Assembly (NCBI GenBank): GCA_963665095.1
Contig: OY762069.1
Location: 6,112,001-6,176,000 of the forward strand
DNA: 64,000 nt
DNA from: an uncultured Desulfobacter sp.
GTDB lineage: Bacteria > Desulfobacterota > Desulfobacteria > Desulfobacterales > Desulfobacteraceae
Reading direction: 5' to 3'
A program made the translations under genes and the position numbers. This document shows, piece by piece, positions 37,904 to 47,891 of this stretch (position 1 is the stretch's first letter; each line of letters starts with the position of its first letter). The notes beneath the pieces are model-generated. The model was given only the letters and a program-made list of their open reading frames with translations, was not told the origin of the DNA and ran no database searches.

Positions 37904-39376
37904 TTAATTGGTCTGATCACCGGCCCCTTGCAAAGGCAGGTTCTGCTGTCTTGGCGAAAGGGTAAATTTGACCCGTACCTTTTTAAATTTGTCATCAGGT
38001 TTGAGGGTGGCAGGACTCATCACCAGGGGAATGGTGATAAAACCGGAGGTTTTTAAATTTTCCAGGGGGATTTTTTCGGTAAAAACCGTGGTCACGCTCT
38101 CCAGGGCCAGTTCGCCGCCAGAGACCTCAACGCTGGGCGGGATCAGCTCAACATCGGTCATGATCATATCGTCTGGCAGCTTTCCGGACCAGTCCGCCTG
38201 AACCGGCAGAAGTTTTGCCGTCAGGGCGTCAAGGGTTACCTCAACCTGATCCGGTTCAATCTGTTTCAAACGAATGCCCGGGGGCAGTACCACATTGTCA
38301 CTGGCAATGGTAAACTGGTTTTTGCCAGCACCAGCACCTGCAAGGGAGATTTTAATGCTCATATGATCCAGGTTCAATGCGTTCACCAGAGGTCTTGCAC
38401 CACTGATCAAAAGTTTTGCCCTGGAGGCGGAGGCATCAATAATGCTCATTTTGGGGTCCGGGTTCATCAGCTCGATGGGGACTTCATAATTTGCAAGGGT
38501 CTCTATCCCCCTGGAAAAGCTAAGCCACAGGCCGGTGGTGCATAAAAGGCAGATAAGGGCTGCGGTGAGCAGTTCCCAGGTCTGGCGGCCAAAGCCTTTA
38601 TCTGATTGTGGCCCGCCGGTATGTTGCTGGATCAGGTTTTCCATCTGCTGGGGATCTCTGACCTCCTGAATCTGGCTCTCTTTAACCAGGGAGACCCTGC
38701 CCCGTTCCTCTGATACCACAATCACCAGGGCATCGGTCTGTTCGGTGAGGCCTAAGGCAGCCCTGTGACGCGTGCCGTATTTGGATGCCAGATACCGGTT
38801 CTGGGACAAAGGAAGGATGGTGGCGGCACGGGTAATTTTCCCCCGCTGGATGACCACGGCCCCGTCATGCAGCGGGGTATCCGGCCAGAAAATATTGACC
38901 AGCATCTCCCGGCTCAGCTGGGCATTGATATCCACCCCGGAGGAGATAATATTGTCCACCCCGGTTTTTAAAGGCAGCACAATCAGGGCACCGATTTTTG
39001 CTTTGGCCATCTCCTGGGCCGCATCGGCAATGATGCGCATGGGGGTATTGATCTGGGGCCTGGGTATCCGCCACAGAAAGTATCTCAGGCTGCGGGTCCG
39101 GATCACCCCGGAAATTTCATTCCTGAATACAATGATAATGATGAAGGTGGCAACGGTGATTACGCCCTGCATGACCCAGTTGGTAATCACCAGGCCCATG
39201 GCATTGGCAATGCGTCCGATAACCCACATTACCACCACCGCCATGATCACGCGCAGGACATTGGTGCCGCGGAACAGTACATAAAGCCGGAACAGAATAT
39301 AGGCGTTGAAAACAATATCCAGAATATCCTGCCAGCGCCATCCTGAAAAAAGTATTGCCAGCTGTTCCATAGGCAT
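37904..39376 (-). CDS. cdaA: Diadenylate cyclase (CdaA/DisA_N) fused to YbbR (CdaR-like) domains
   Basis: 3 N-terminal TM helices, IF...TPLHDGA, GTRHRAA.G, VSEERG. Then a further TM and YbbR-like beta repeats (LPPGI....I.P..V.V, P..V.V.G). Confidence 0.88.
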   Translation of the reverse strand: MPMEQLAILFSGWRWQDILDIVFNAYILFRLYVLFRGTNVLRVIMAVVVMWVIGRIANAMGLVITNWVMQGVITVATFIIIIVFRNEISGVIRTRSLRYFLWRIPRPQINTPMRIIADAAQEMAKAKIGALIVLPLKTGVDNIISSGVDINAQLSREMLVNIFWPDTPLHDGAVVIQRGKITRAATILPLSQNRYLASKYGTRHRAALGLTEQTDALVIVVSEERGRVSLVKESQIQEVRDPQQMENLIQQHTGGPQSDKGFGRQTWELLTAALICLLCTTGLWLSFSRGIETLANYEVPIELMNPDPKMSIIDASASRAKLLISGARPLVNALNLDHMSIKISLAGAGAGKNQFTIASDNVVLPPGIRLKQIEPDQVEVTLDALTAKLLPVQADWSGKLPDDMIMTDVELIPPSVEVSGGELALESVTTVFTEKIPLENLKTSGFITIPLVMSPATLKPDDKFKKVRVKFTLSPRQQNLPLQGAGDQTN

Positions 39377-39801
39377 CAGTCAGAAATACTGAATCTTAGG
39401 GTTTTTATGATATTGTTGGCGTCATCCCGTATTTCCACCCGCCAGGGGCCTTTGTCTGCTTCCCGCATCTGAACCTTTGAAAAGCAGGACCACTTGGGCA
39501 CGGAAAGTTTCAGCCGCATGGAGAAAATCAGCTTGTCCCGTTTGTACCAGTCATGAAAAATCTGTGTATTTTCATTGACCGGATCAAATCCTGTATAGCA
39601 GAACACCTCTCCCTGGGACACGGAGAACAGAACAGCGGGATTTGCAGGCTGAAAATTGATGATCTGTTCGCACATGACAGATTCCGCCAGAACCATTTTG
39701 GGCTGGTCTGCCAGACTGCCGGCGGCAGGCAGAAACACCCCTGCAAACAAAATAAAAGCCAGCGTTACGCCGGCTGAAAATGTAAAAGAAGTTTTGGTCA
39801 T
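39376..39801 (-). CDS. Secreted DUF2914-like protein
   Basis: Signal peptide, CE.I....P, V.CYT, H.W, W...S, G.WRVEI.D. TGATG coupling to cdaA. Confidence 0.7.
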   Translation of the reverse strand: MTKTSFTFSAGVTLAFILFAGVFLPAAGSLADQPKMVLAESVMCEQIINFQPANPAVLFSVSQGEVFCYTGFDPVNENTQIFHDWYKRDKLIFSMRLKLSVPKWSCFSKVQMREADKGPWRVEIRDDANNIIKTLRFSISD

Positions 39802-39822
39802 GACAGTGGTATTAACTTATCT

Positions 39823-40479
39823 TTATTTGATCAATGCGCATACAGAGCCGGAAATGACACTTTTTACTATTTTAGATGCCGCGCCCGCATCTGCGGCAAA
39901 GCCGTCCGCACCGATCTCTTCGGCAAAGGCCTGGGTCACAGGGGCCCCGCCCACAATGATTTTTACCTGCTCTCTTAAGCCTGCTTCAACAATGGCATCC
40001 ACCGTCTGCTTCATCACCGGCAGGGTGGAGGTTAACAGGGAAGAGAGGCAGACCACCCGGGCCTGTTTCTCCTTGATTTCGGCAACAAAATCCTCAGGAG
40101 CAATATCCACACCCAGATTATGGACCGTCATACCGGTATTTTCCAGAGTCGTGGCCACCAGGTTTTTACCTATATCATGGAGATCTCCCTGAACAGTTCC
40201 GATGACAACACTGCATTCCTCACCAGTGCCTTCATCTGTCAGAAGGGGGTCTAAAATTTCCATGCAGGCGCCCATGGCCTGGGTGGCCATGAGTACATCC
40301 GGAATAAACATTTCTGCCTTTTCCATCTTTTCTCCAACAATATCCATTCCGGCAATCAATCCCTGTTTCAGGATATCGGCAGCCGGTACACCCTTTGAAA
40401 CTGCCTGGCGTACCATCTGTTCAAGTGCTGCCTGATCGCAGCGGACCAAGGCATCATTCATTGCTTTGAAATCTGCCAT
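39823..40479 (-). CDS. Cobalamin-binding (corrinoid) protein of methyltransferase systems
   Basis: GL..GM..VG...F.P.V cap domain, GTV.GDLHDIGKNLV (DxHxxG), S.LLT.T, VGGAPVT..FA..IGADG. Confidence 0.93.
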   Translation of the reverse strand: MADFKAMNDALVRCDQAALEQMVRQAVSKGVPAADILKQGLIAGMDIVGEKMEKAEMFIPDVLMATQAMGACMEILDPLLTDEGTGEECSVVIGTVQGDLHDIGKNLVATTLENTGMTVHNLGVDIAPEDFVAEIKEKQARVVCLSSLLTSTLPVMKQTVDAIVEAGLREQVKIIVGGAPVTQAFAEEIGADGFAADAGAASKIVKSVISGSVCALIK

Positions 40480-40587
40480 TTTTTAGACTCTCCTGTCCAT
40501 CTTCCCGTCTTTCGTTATCTGCACTTAAAAAATACCAGAAAACTATATACCGGTTAAAAATAAAATGAAAGGCAGGAAAAACAGAAT

Positions 40588-41736
40588 TTACATCGTTCGT
40601 CTTAGTTCCAGCGCGTCTTCGTTTTCCGGGTCTAAACGAAGCACTTCAGACAGAAAGTCGTCTGCCTGAATAATTTTTCCCTTGGAAAAATAGATATGGG
40701 CAATTCTGAGCTTGGTCTGTATGGGTTCAATCATATTTTTATTCGCTTCAAGGTAGTATTCAAGAGCTTTTTCATCATCTCCAAGGGCCTCATAGATCTG
40801 GCCTGCCTTAAAATGCAGGCCGTGATTTCCCGGAAAATCTTTAAGCAGGTTTGTCAAAAGCTCTTTTGCAAATTCCTTTTCGCCGTTTGCCACACACAGG
40901 TCAAGAATTTTTTCCTTGATTTCCAGGTGTTTTTCCAGTTTGTTCACCAGCTTTGAAAGCAGGGTAACGGCAAGGTCGTTCTGCTGCATTTTTAAAAGGC
41001 TGATACCCTCCTCAATGGTGTGGTCGTTGAACCGGTTGGTCAGGGAGAGCACTTCGCAGGAGTATCTTACTGCTTTCATCCACTCTTTTTTCTTCCAGTA
41101 ATATTGGGACAGCATATGGCGGGTAACGGCGTCCTGAAGGTTTTCCGCAGCCGCTTCAAGAAGACAGCGCTCCATATCTTCCACCCTGCCGGCCTTGCCG
41201 TACAGCACCCCGAGGTTGCGTTTCAGGCGGGAGGCATGGGGCTTTAGCTTAACCGCCCGCTCCTGGCAGACAATGGCCAGGTCCAGTTTGTCTGATTCAT
41301 CAAGGGTTCTTGCTTTTCTGACAAGCAGGGTGGCATCATCCGGCGCATTGGCCTTTTCCACTGCTGCGCGGATTTTTTCTTCCAGCATCACCGGGGTCAG
41401 GGGTTTGAGCAGGTAGCCGTCCACCTCAATCTCTGCCACTTCATAGACCACATCGCGTTCACACTCCGCTGTCACCATGAGCACAGGCATATCCCTGAAC
41501 CGGGGCTCTGCACGGATGGCATCCAGCATCTGTGCCCCGTTCATCACCGGCATTTTCCAGTCCACAATGGCAAGGTCTATACGGGTTTCATGCAGAACTC
41601 GCAGGCCATCCTTGCCATTTTCGGCCACATAAATATCCTTGCCGATATTGATATTTCTCAGGGTCTTTTTGATAATGGTACGCATACTTTTCAGATCGTC
41701 TACTATCAGTACGGACATATTTTCCATGTCAATCAT
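40588..41736 (-). CDS. Response regulator (CheY-like receiver) with TPR repeats
   Basis: VDD, DWKMP.MNG, MVTA, YLLKP, followed by a helical TPR-like region ending L.LDP.N..A. Confidence 0.88.
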   Translation of the reverse strand: MIDMENMSVLIVDDLKSMRTIIKKTLRNINIGKDIYVAENGKDGLRVLHETRIDLAIVDWKMPVMNGAQMLDAIRAEPRFRDMPVLMVTAECERDVVYEVAEIEVDGYLLKPLTPVMLEEKIRAAVEKANAPDDATLLVRKARTLDESDKLDLAIVCQERAVKLKPHASRLKRNLGVLYGKAGRVEDMERCLLEAAAENLQDAVTRHMLSQYYWKKKEWMKAVRYSCEVLSLTNRFNDHTIEEGISLLKMQQNDLAVTLLSKLVNKLEKHLEIKEKILDLCVANGEKEFAKELLTNLLKDFPGNHGLHFKAGQIYEALGDDEKALEYYLEANKNMIEPIQTKLRIAHIYFSKGKIIQADDFLSEVLRLDPENEDALELRRTM

Positions 41737-41910
41737 AAGAGCAGCCCCGTGATCATGAGTAACAAGATGTAAATTCGATTAATTTTTTGAAATTAGAATC
41801 CAAATTAAATATTCATACCATGCTCATCCTATCCAAATCAATATTTATTGGGAATTAGAACAGAACCCTGATCCCGGGCCGACAGGCCGGTGAGCTGTTT
41901 GTTTTGACCC

Positions 41911-43752
41911 TCAGACCATCAATTCCACCTTAACAATAGTTCCGTTGCCGGATTCTACAACGCAGCTGCCGTTGAGTTTGCGCGCTCTTGCCTGCATATT
42001 GGCAAGGCCTTTGCCAGTGGGTTTTCCGTGCCTTGTGCCCACAGCCGCCCCGATTCCGTCATCCTGTATCTCCATGAGGATGTGATGACCTGTGATTCTG
42101 ATGGTGATAAAGACATTTTGAGCGTCTGCATGCTTAACAATATTGGTTAATGCTTCCTGGAAAATTCGCAATAGATTCAGATAAAGCACACTGCCGGGGT
42201 TTTGCTGTTTCGGATTAATATCTGTATTGAATGTCACGGATATGCCCAGCGGTTTCAGTTTTGTTTCCCCAAGGCGTATCATCTTGGCTGTCAGGCTGTC
42301 CCAGCTGATTTCATTCTCGTCAAGGCTCTGCATAAAGTGGCCGATTTCGGTCATGCAGTTGCCGGACATCTCCGAGATGGCAGACAGGGATTTTTTCATC
42401 TCCTGTTCTGACCCACTGTTCATTCCCATCTGGGAGATAAATTTTATATTGGTGACACTGCCGCCGATGCCGTCGTGCAGATCTTTGATCAATTCAAGTT
42501 TTTCACCGGACTTGATTTCCAGTTCACCGGCATATGTCTGGAGCTGTTCGTGAAGGCTGATGTTTCGCCTTCGCTGCACGACTTCAAGGCTTAGAATGAA
42601 GATGATGAGTGCCAGGGGTACAAAGGAATAGGCGTAGTTCAGTATGCCAAGGCCCACAAGAATACTGTGAATGCCGGTCACAATAACCGGCAGAAACCCC
42701 AGAAAATAAATGCCGGCAAGCCGGCTCTTCAACCTGACCATGTCACTGATGCAGACAGAAACCATTAAAATCAGTTCAAATGCGGTTAAAATGCGCAATA
42801 TTGTCAGCTCAATAACGCCTGCTTTCATGGGAAGAAATCCCTTAAGGACCATTAGTGTCGTGATCTGGCAGACAAAGGAGTACCCAAGATGGAACTGCCA
42901 GATGCGATGGTAAAAATTGCCGTATACCGGCCTGAAAACCTGCCATAAAAATCCGATCAGTCCCACTGGGATGAGACTCAATCCGGCGATATATATGAGA
43001 AACCAGAAGGCGGGTGCAAAGAAAATGAAATCTTTGAGGGTGGTGGTGGTGATGGTGTAAAACCCCAGGCTGATGGCAAAAATACTGGTCATGGAAACCG
43101 AGCCGATGGTTAATATACTGTTTTTATAAATGACAAGATCCAGAATCCCGATGGAAATAATAAACAGCGCGACGACAAAATATAATATATCGTCTTTCAT
43201 GACTTTTTGAACCAGATCTGATTTGGACCCTAAAAAGATCTTCCCCCTGACACCGATATTTGAATAATCTGAAAATATCCTGAAACAGAGCATTTGACCC
43301 GCATACGCATCTTCAAGCCGTATAAAATGGGCGGATAGGCCTGTGACACCGCCTTTGCCGGAGGCATCCAACCTGCCAAACTGGTAGATTTTTTTATCAT
43401 TGATGAACATGTCAAATGCCAGCAGTATGCCTCTGCCGTCAATGAGAATGGCGGGTGCCTTCAGTTTTATATCCGGCATCCTTGTCCTCAGCCACAGGAC
43501 GTTTCTGTTGTTGCGACCGGGCGGATTGATGGCCGACGGACTTCGTTCCCAGCCCGATGCGCTGATGGTGTGGCTTTCAGAATCCTCCCATTGGTATTCA
43601 AAATTTCCGGCGATTTCAAAAACAGGGCCGTGTTCGATGATTGTTTTTCTGCTTTTGGAGAAATCCTGTTGCAATAATCCTGCAACAGGAGAAAAAAGAA
43701 CCGCTGCCAGCACAACCAAGGTCAAAGAAAAGTAGACAAAAGAGGATCTCAT
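41911..43752 (-). CDS. Membrane sensor histidine kinase (periplasmic domain + 7TM + HisKA_3-type)
   Basis: DLHDGIG, RI.QEALTNI.KHA, DDG.G, G.GL.NM..RA. Divergent from a NarL-type regulator. Confidence 0.9.
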   Translation of the reverse strand: MRSSFVYFSLTLVVLAAVLFSPVAGLLQQDFSKSRKTIIEHGPVFEIAGNFEYQWEDSESHTISASGWERSPSAINPPGRNNRNVLWLRTRMPDIKLKAPAILIDGRGILLAFDMFINDKKIYQFGRLDASGKGGVTGLSAHFIRLEDAYAGQMLCFRIFSDYSNIGVRGKIFLGSKSDLVQKVMKDDILYFVVALFIISIGILDLVIYKNSILTIGSVSMTSIFAISLGFYTITTTTLKDFIFFAPAFWFLIYIAGLSLIPVGLIGFLWQVFRPVYGNFYHRIWQFHLGYSFVCQITTLMVLKGFLPMKAGVIELTILRILTAFELILMVSVCISDMVRLKSRLAGIYFLGFLPVIVTGIHSILVGLGILNYAYSFVPLALIIFILSLEVVQRRRNISLHEQLQTYAGELEIKSGEKLELIKDLHDGIGGSVTNIKFISQMGMNSGSEQEMKKSLSAISEMSGNCMTEIGHFMQSLDENEISWDSLTAKMIRLGETKLKPLGISVTFNTDINPKQQNPGSVLYLNLLRIFQEALTNIVKHADAQNVFITIRITGHHILMEIQDDGIGAAVGTRHGKPTGKGLANMQARARKLNGSCVVESGNGTIVKVELMV

Positions 43753-43914
43753 GCGTTTTTCCTGTGTAAAAAACCGGGCAATCCAGTTCAGTTCTTTTGC
43801 TAAAAAATGTATTTCAGGCCAGATGAATTTGATATATACAATACTTTACACCTGTGATGAATTAAAATTTTGAACTGCCAGGCGGCCTGAGATCAATGAC
43901 GAACTGGGCATGTT

Positions 43915-44574
43915 ATGACAATTAGAATTCTGCTGGCGGATGACCACCAGCTGATCCGGGACGGCTTGTGTTCCCTGATCGCCAATGAAAAGGACATGGA
44001 AGTTGTGGCCACGGCGGGCAATGGCCGCCAGGCGGCCACGCTTGCTGACCGGTACGATCCCGATATTGTTGTCATGGATATCAATATGCCGGATCTCAAC
44101 GGCATTGATGCCACAAGAATTATTCTTGAAGAGAACTGTCATGTAAAGATCATTGCCCTTTCAATCCACGCCACGTCAAAATTTGTCAGAGAGATGCTCA
44201 AGGCCGGCGTTTCAGGTTATCTGGTGAAACACTGCGCCTTTGACGAACTTGCCAGTGCCATCCGTCTGGTAATCCAAGGGAAAAAATACCTGAGCCCTGA
44301 GATAACCGGCGTGGTCCTTGACGAGTATACGGCCACTGCCGGCACACTGCCGGATGCACAGACAATTTTTTCACACTTGAGCCTCAGAGAGAGACAGATT
44401 CTCCAGCTTGTTGCCGAAGGAATGACATCGGAACAGATTGCGCGGCGTCTGTTTATCAGCGTTAAGACCGTATCTTCCCACCGGCGCAAGATCATGGAAA
44501 AACTCAATCTTAATAATGTGGCCGAGCTGACCCGGTATGCCATTAACGAAGGTATCATCTCCCGGGAATATTAA
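43915..44574 (+). CDS. NarL/LuxR-family response regulator
   Basis: ADDH..IR.G, MDI.MP.LNGI, GY..K, LS.RE.QIL...G....IA..L.IS.KTV..HR. Confidence 0.95.
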   Translation: MTIRILLADDHQLIRDGLCSLIANEKDMEVVATAGNGRQAATLADRYDPDIVVMDINMPDLNGIDATRIILEENCHVKIIALSIHATSKFVREMLKAGVSGYLVKHCAFDELASAIRLVIQGKKYLSPEITGVVLDEYTATAGTLPDAQTIFSHLSLRERQILQLVAEGMTSEQIARRLFISVKTVSSHRRKIMEKLNLNNVAELTRYAINEGIISREY

Positions 44575-44833
44575 TATCCCCTGTCAGACTCAGCATACTG
44601 GTCGTTGACAAATCCGGCCGGCTCCGGGTTAAAAGGAAATGAGATAATTTGCTTGCTGAATTTAAGAATTATCTGATATTCCCTTCATGGAATGCCAATA
44701 AGATCTGTGGTTTCCCGGGGTTGACTGACAGCTTCGTCGCCGGCTGGTTAAATTTGCGAATAACGAGCCAGGGACGCTTAGGCAAAAATGATATGTGGCA
44801 AAAGCCGGCTGCGTACAAATAAAAAGCACCGTT

Positions 44834-46003
44834 ATGAAATTAAAATCTGGATTTAACCGGTTTCCCTGCCGTTATGCCATTTTTTTTATTCTGATCGCTG
44901 TTTCAATTGCCGTGGTAAAGATCGTCGGTCCTGCTGAAAAATTCCGGGGTCTGGTTCCTGAAAAAAAGAAAAAATGGAAGATCGCCTATTACGAAGGCGG
45001 TCCCTTTACTGACTATGCCCATTGCATGGGGGCCATTGTTCAGGGCCTGATGGCCTATGGATGGATTGAAAAAGCGTCTCTGCCCGAGCTTAAGGAAGAG
45101 ATGGGAACCCCTTACTGGGACTGGCTGGCTTCAGAAGCAAAAAGCAGATACCTTTCATTTTCCAGGCAGGATGCCTACAGTGCCGGCTGGCTGGAAGATC
45201 ACAGGGATGCATTTAAAAAGAACGTATTAGACCGGCTGAACCGGGGAGATATTGACCTGGTCATTGCCATGGGAACCTGGGCCGGGCAGGACCTGGCAAA
45301 TACCCGGCATCATGTACCTACTGTTGTGGTCTCCACCGTTGATCCCATTGCTTCCAATATCATTAAAAGTGTGGAAGATTCAGGCTTTGACCATGTCACG
45401 GCCCGGGTGGATACCAGCCGCTACATCAGACAGATCCGCATGTTTCATCGCATTGTGGGGTTCAAAAGACTGGGCGTGGTGTATGAGGATACCCCTGACG
45501 GGCGCCTGTACGGTGCAGTGAATGATTTAACAAAAGTGGCTGTTGAACGTGGTTTTGATATTATTCCATGCACCTATGATGATGCTCAGAAAGACAGGGC
45601 AGCTGCCCGTAAGGCATGTATGCACTGTATTGAACAGGTAACGGGCCGGGCAGATGCCTTTTATCTGAACGCCATGCTTGCCATTCACGAAAATATCAAT
45701 GAGGTGGCCGGTATATTAAAAGAAAAAGGCATCCCCTCATTTTCCATGAACGGGTCAGCCCAGGTGGAGAAGGGAATTTTATTAAGTGTGTCTACGGATG
45801 AAGGCCACCGCTCCCAAGGGTTGTATGATGCCAGAAAGATGATTGACATTCTGATGGGTACAAGGCCCCGTGATCTTGATCAGGAAAATCCGGACCCCCT
45901 TGATCTGGCCATTAATATGGATACTGCCAGGACCATTGGATTCAATGTACCGGCAGGTATTTTAAGGACAGCAAAGAAAATTTATGGGAACACTGCCCGA
46001 TAA
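44834..46003 (+). CDS. Periplasmic ligand-binding protein (ABC_sub_bind-like), probably a sensor partner of the downstream kinase
   Basis: N-terminal TM, IAYYEGG, AMGTWAGQ, G.LL, P..L, IN..TA..IG. No ABC permease nearby. Start uncertain (44795 or 44834). Confidence 0.75.
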   Translation: MKLKSGFNRFPCRYAIFFILIAVSIAVVKIVGPAEKFRGLVPEKKKKWKIAYYEGGPFTDYAHCMGAIVQGLMAYGWIEKASLPELKEEMGTPYWDWLASEAKSRYLSFSRQDAYSAGWLEDHRDAFKKNVLDRLNRGDIDLVIAMGTWAGQDLANTRHHVPTVVVSTVDPIASNIIKSVEDSGFDHVTARVDTSRYIRQIRMFHRIVGFKRLGVVYEDTPDGRLYGAVNDLTKVAVERGFDIIPCTYDDAQKDRAAARKACMHCIEQVTGRADAFYLNAMLAIHENINEVAGILKEKGIPSFSMNGSAQVEKGILLSVSTDEGHRSQGLYDARKMIDILMGTRPRDLDQENPDPLDLAINMDTARTIGFNVPAGILRTAKKIYGNTAR

Positions 46004-47777
46004 ATTCTCCCGGTTAAAATACTATTCCCTGCTGTTGCTTTTCTGCATGGCATACTGGGTGGGTGACAGTATATGGTCCTATCTCTCGTTTGAGCGCAAC
46101 CTGCATACGCTTATGTATATTGAGCCGGCCTCTTTGCTGGATACCCTTTTTCTGCGGGTATCTCCCTATCAGATGGTATCCAGGATCATTGTGGTGACGT
46201 TGTTTGCTTTGGCAGGCACGATTCTGTTTGAAATTCTGACCGTTAAAAACCGTGTTGAAAAGGCGTTTCGTGATTCCGAAGAAAAGTACCGGGTGGTGGT
46301 GAACAATGCCAGTGAGGCCATCTATGTGGTTCAGAACCGTCGGGTGAAATTCGTCAACCCCAAGGCCTGCGAACTGATGGGGATGGTGACGGAAGAGTTA
46401 ATTGACCAGCATATTGAACAGTTTATTCACCCTGACGACCAGGCAGACATGCGCCATTTCATTGCCCAGCAGTTCCGGCCTGACGGGCCTCGGAAATGCG
46501 CCTTTCGCATGACTGTGAAAAACCGGCAAATCATCTGGGTCCGTCTTAACACTACACCAATCACATGGAAGGGAGAACCGGCATTTTTAAATTTTCTTAA
46601 TGATATCAGTGAAGAAAAAGCATTGTCCGACCAGCTCCAGCGATCTGAGAAAATGGAAACTTTGGGGCTGCTGGCAGGCGGCGTGGCCCACGATCTGAAT
46701 AATATCCTCTCCGGCCTGGTCAGTTATCCCGATATCCTGCTGGTGGACCTTCCTGAAAACAGCCCCTTGCGAGATTCCATTCTGGAGATTCAGAAATCGG
46801 GCCAGAAAGCCTCTCTCATCGTCCAGGATCTTTTGACGCTGTCCCGAAGAAATGTTCCCGGTATGAAGGTGATTCGGATGAACAGTCTGATCCGGGAATA
46901 TTTTGTCTCTCCGGAATTTGCAGGCCTTTCAGTGCTTAACCCCGGGGTGTCGTTCAAGACGGATCTTGATCCCGATCTTATGAATATCCAGGGCTCCTGG
47001 GTTCACCTGTCCAAGGTGTTGATGAATCTGGTCACGAACGCTGCCGAGGCCTGCCTGTCAGGCGGAACGGTCATTATCTCCACCTGTAATCAATATTTGA
47101 GCCGGACCCTGGAAGGTTATGAAAAGATCAAATCGGGCCACTATGTCGTCCTGACAGTGACTGACTCAGGTGAAGGCATGGGGTCGGAGGATATCCAGCA
47201 TGTTTTTGAGCCGTTCTATTCCAAAAAAGTTCTGGGACACAGTGGTACGGGTCTGGGGATGGCAGTGGTCTGGGGCTCGGTAAAAGATCACAAAGGGTAT
47301 ATTGATATACACAGCCGGCCCGGCAGGGGGACACAGGTCTCCATCTTTTTTCCGGTCACCTGGAAAGAGCCTGTGCAGATTACCGAACAGTCCGTTCCGG
47401 AACTCAGAGGTAACGGCCAGAAGATTCTTGTTGTTGATGATGTTGAGGCGCAGCGCATGATTGCCTCTGAAGTTCTGTCCAGGCTGGGGTACCAGCCCCA
47501 TGTGGTGGCCAGCGGGGAAGAGGCGGTAGCTTACATGAGAATCCATACAGCCGATCTTGTGATCCTTGATATGATCATGGATAAAGGAATGGACGGACTT
47601 GAGACCTATAAGGCGATTATAGCAATACATCCCGGCCAGAAGACTATCATTATTAGTGGATTTTCAGAAACAGACAGGGTGAGAGAGATGCAGCGCCTGG
47701 GCGCCGGGCAGTATCTTAAAAAGCCATACACCATGGTGAATATCGGAAAAGTGATTAAATCCACTTTAGCGCAGTGA
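45984..47777 (+). CDS. Hybrid histidine kinase (TM-PAS-HisKA-HATPase-REC)
   Basis: AGGVAHDLNN, NL..NA, D.G.G, PF.SKK..GTGLG, receiver VDD...LDMIM...KP. Confidence 0.94.
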   Translation: MGTLPDKFSRLKYYSLLLLFCMAYWVGDSIWSYLSFERNLHTLMYIEPASLLDTLFLRVSPYQMVSRIIVVTLFALAGTILFEILTVKNRVEKAFRDSEEKYRVVVNNASEAIYVVQNRRVKFVNPKACELMGMVTEELIDQHIEQFIHPDDQADMRHFIAQQFRPDGPRKCAFRMTVKNRQIIWVRLNTTPITWKGEPAFLNFLNDISEEKALSDQLQRSEKMETLGLLAGGVAHDLNNILSGLVSYPDILLVDLPENSPLRDSILEIQKSGQKASLIVQDLLTLSRRNVPGMKVIRMNSLIREYFVSPEFAGLSVLNPGVSFKTDLDPDLMNIQGSWVHLSKVLMNLVTNAAEACLSGGTVIISTCNQYLSRTLEGYEKIKSGHYVVLTVTDSGEGMGSEDIQHVFEPFYSKKVLGHSGTGLGMAVVWGSVKDHKGYIDIHSRPGRGTQVSIFFPVTWKEPVQITEQSVPELRGNGQKILVVDDVEAQRMIASEVLSRLGYQPHVVASGEEAVAYMRIHTADLVILDMIMDKGMDGLETYKAIIAIHPGQKTIIISGFSETDRVREMQRLGAGQYLKKPYTMVNIGKVIKSTLAQ

Positions 47778-47810
47778 ACCGGCGAGAAAGGACCCGGCCG
47801 GCAGAAAACG

Positions 47811-47847
47811 GGCAGCCCGTCCCCTTTTCCCCCTGGGACGGGCTGCC
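47811..47847. terminator. Hairpin between convergent genes
   Basis: GGCAGCCCGTCCC-loop-GGGACGGGCTGCC, a 13-bp perfect stem. Confidence 0.65.
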
Positions 47848-47891
47848 TGTGTCTGATATGCTAAAAATATTTATGTTAAACCGGGCAGGGA

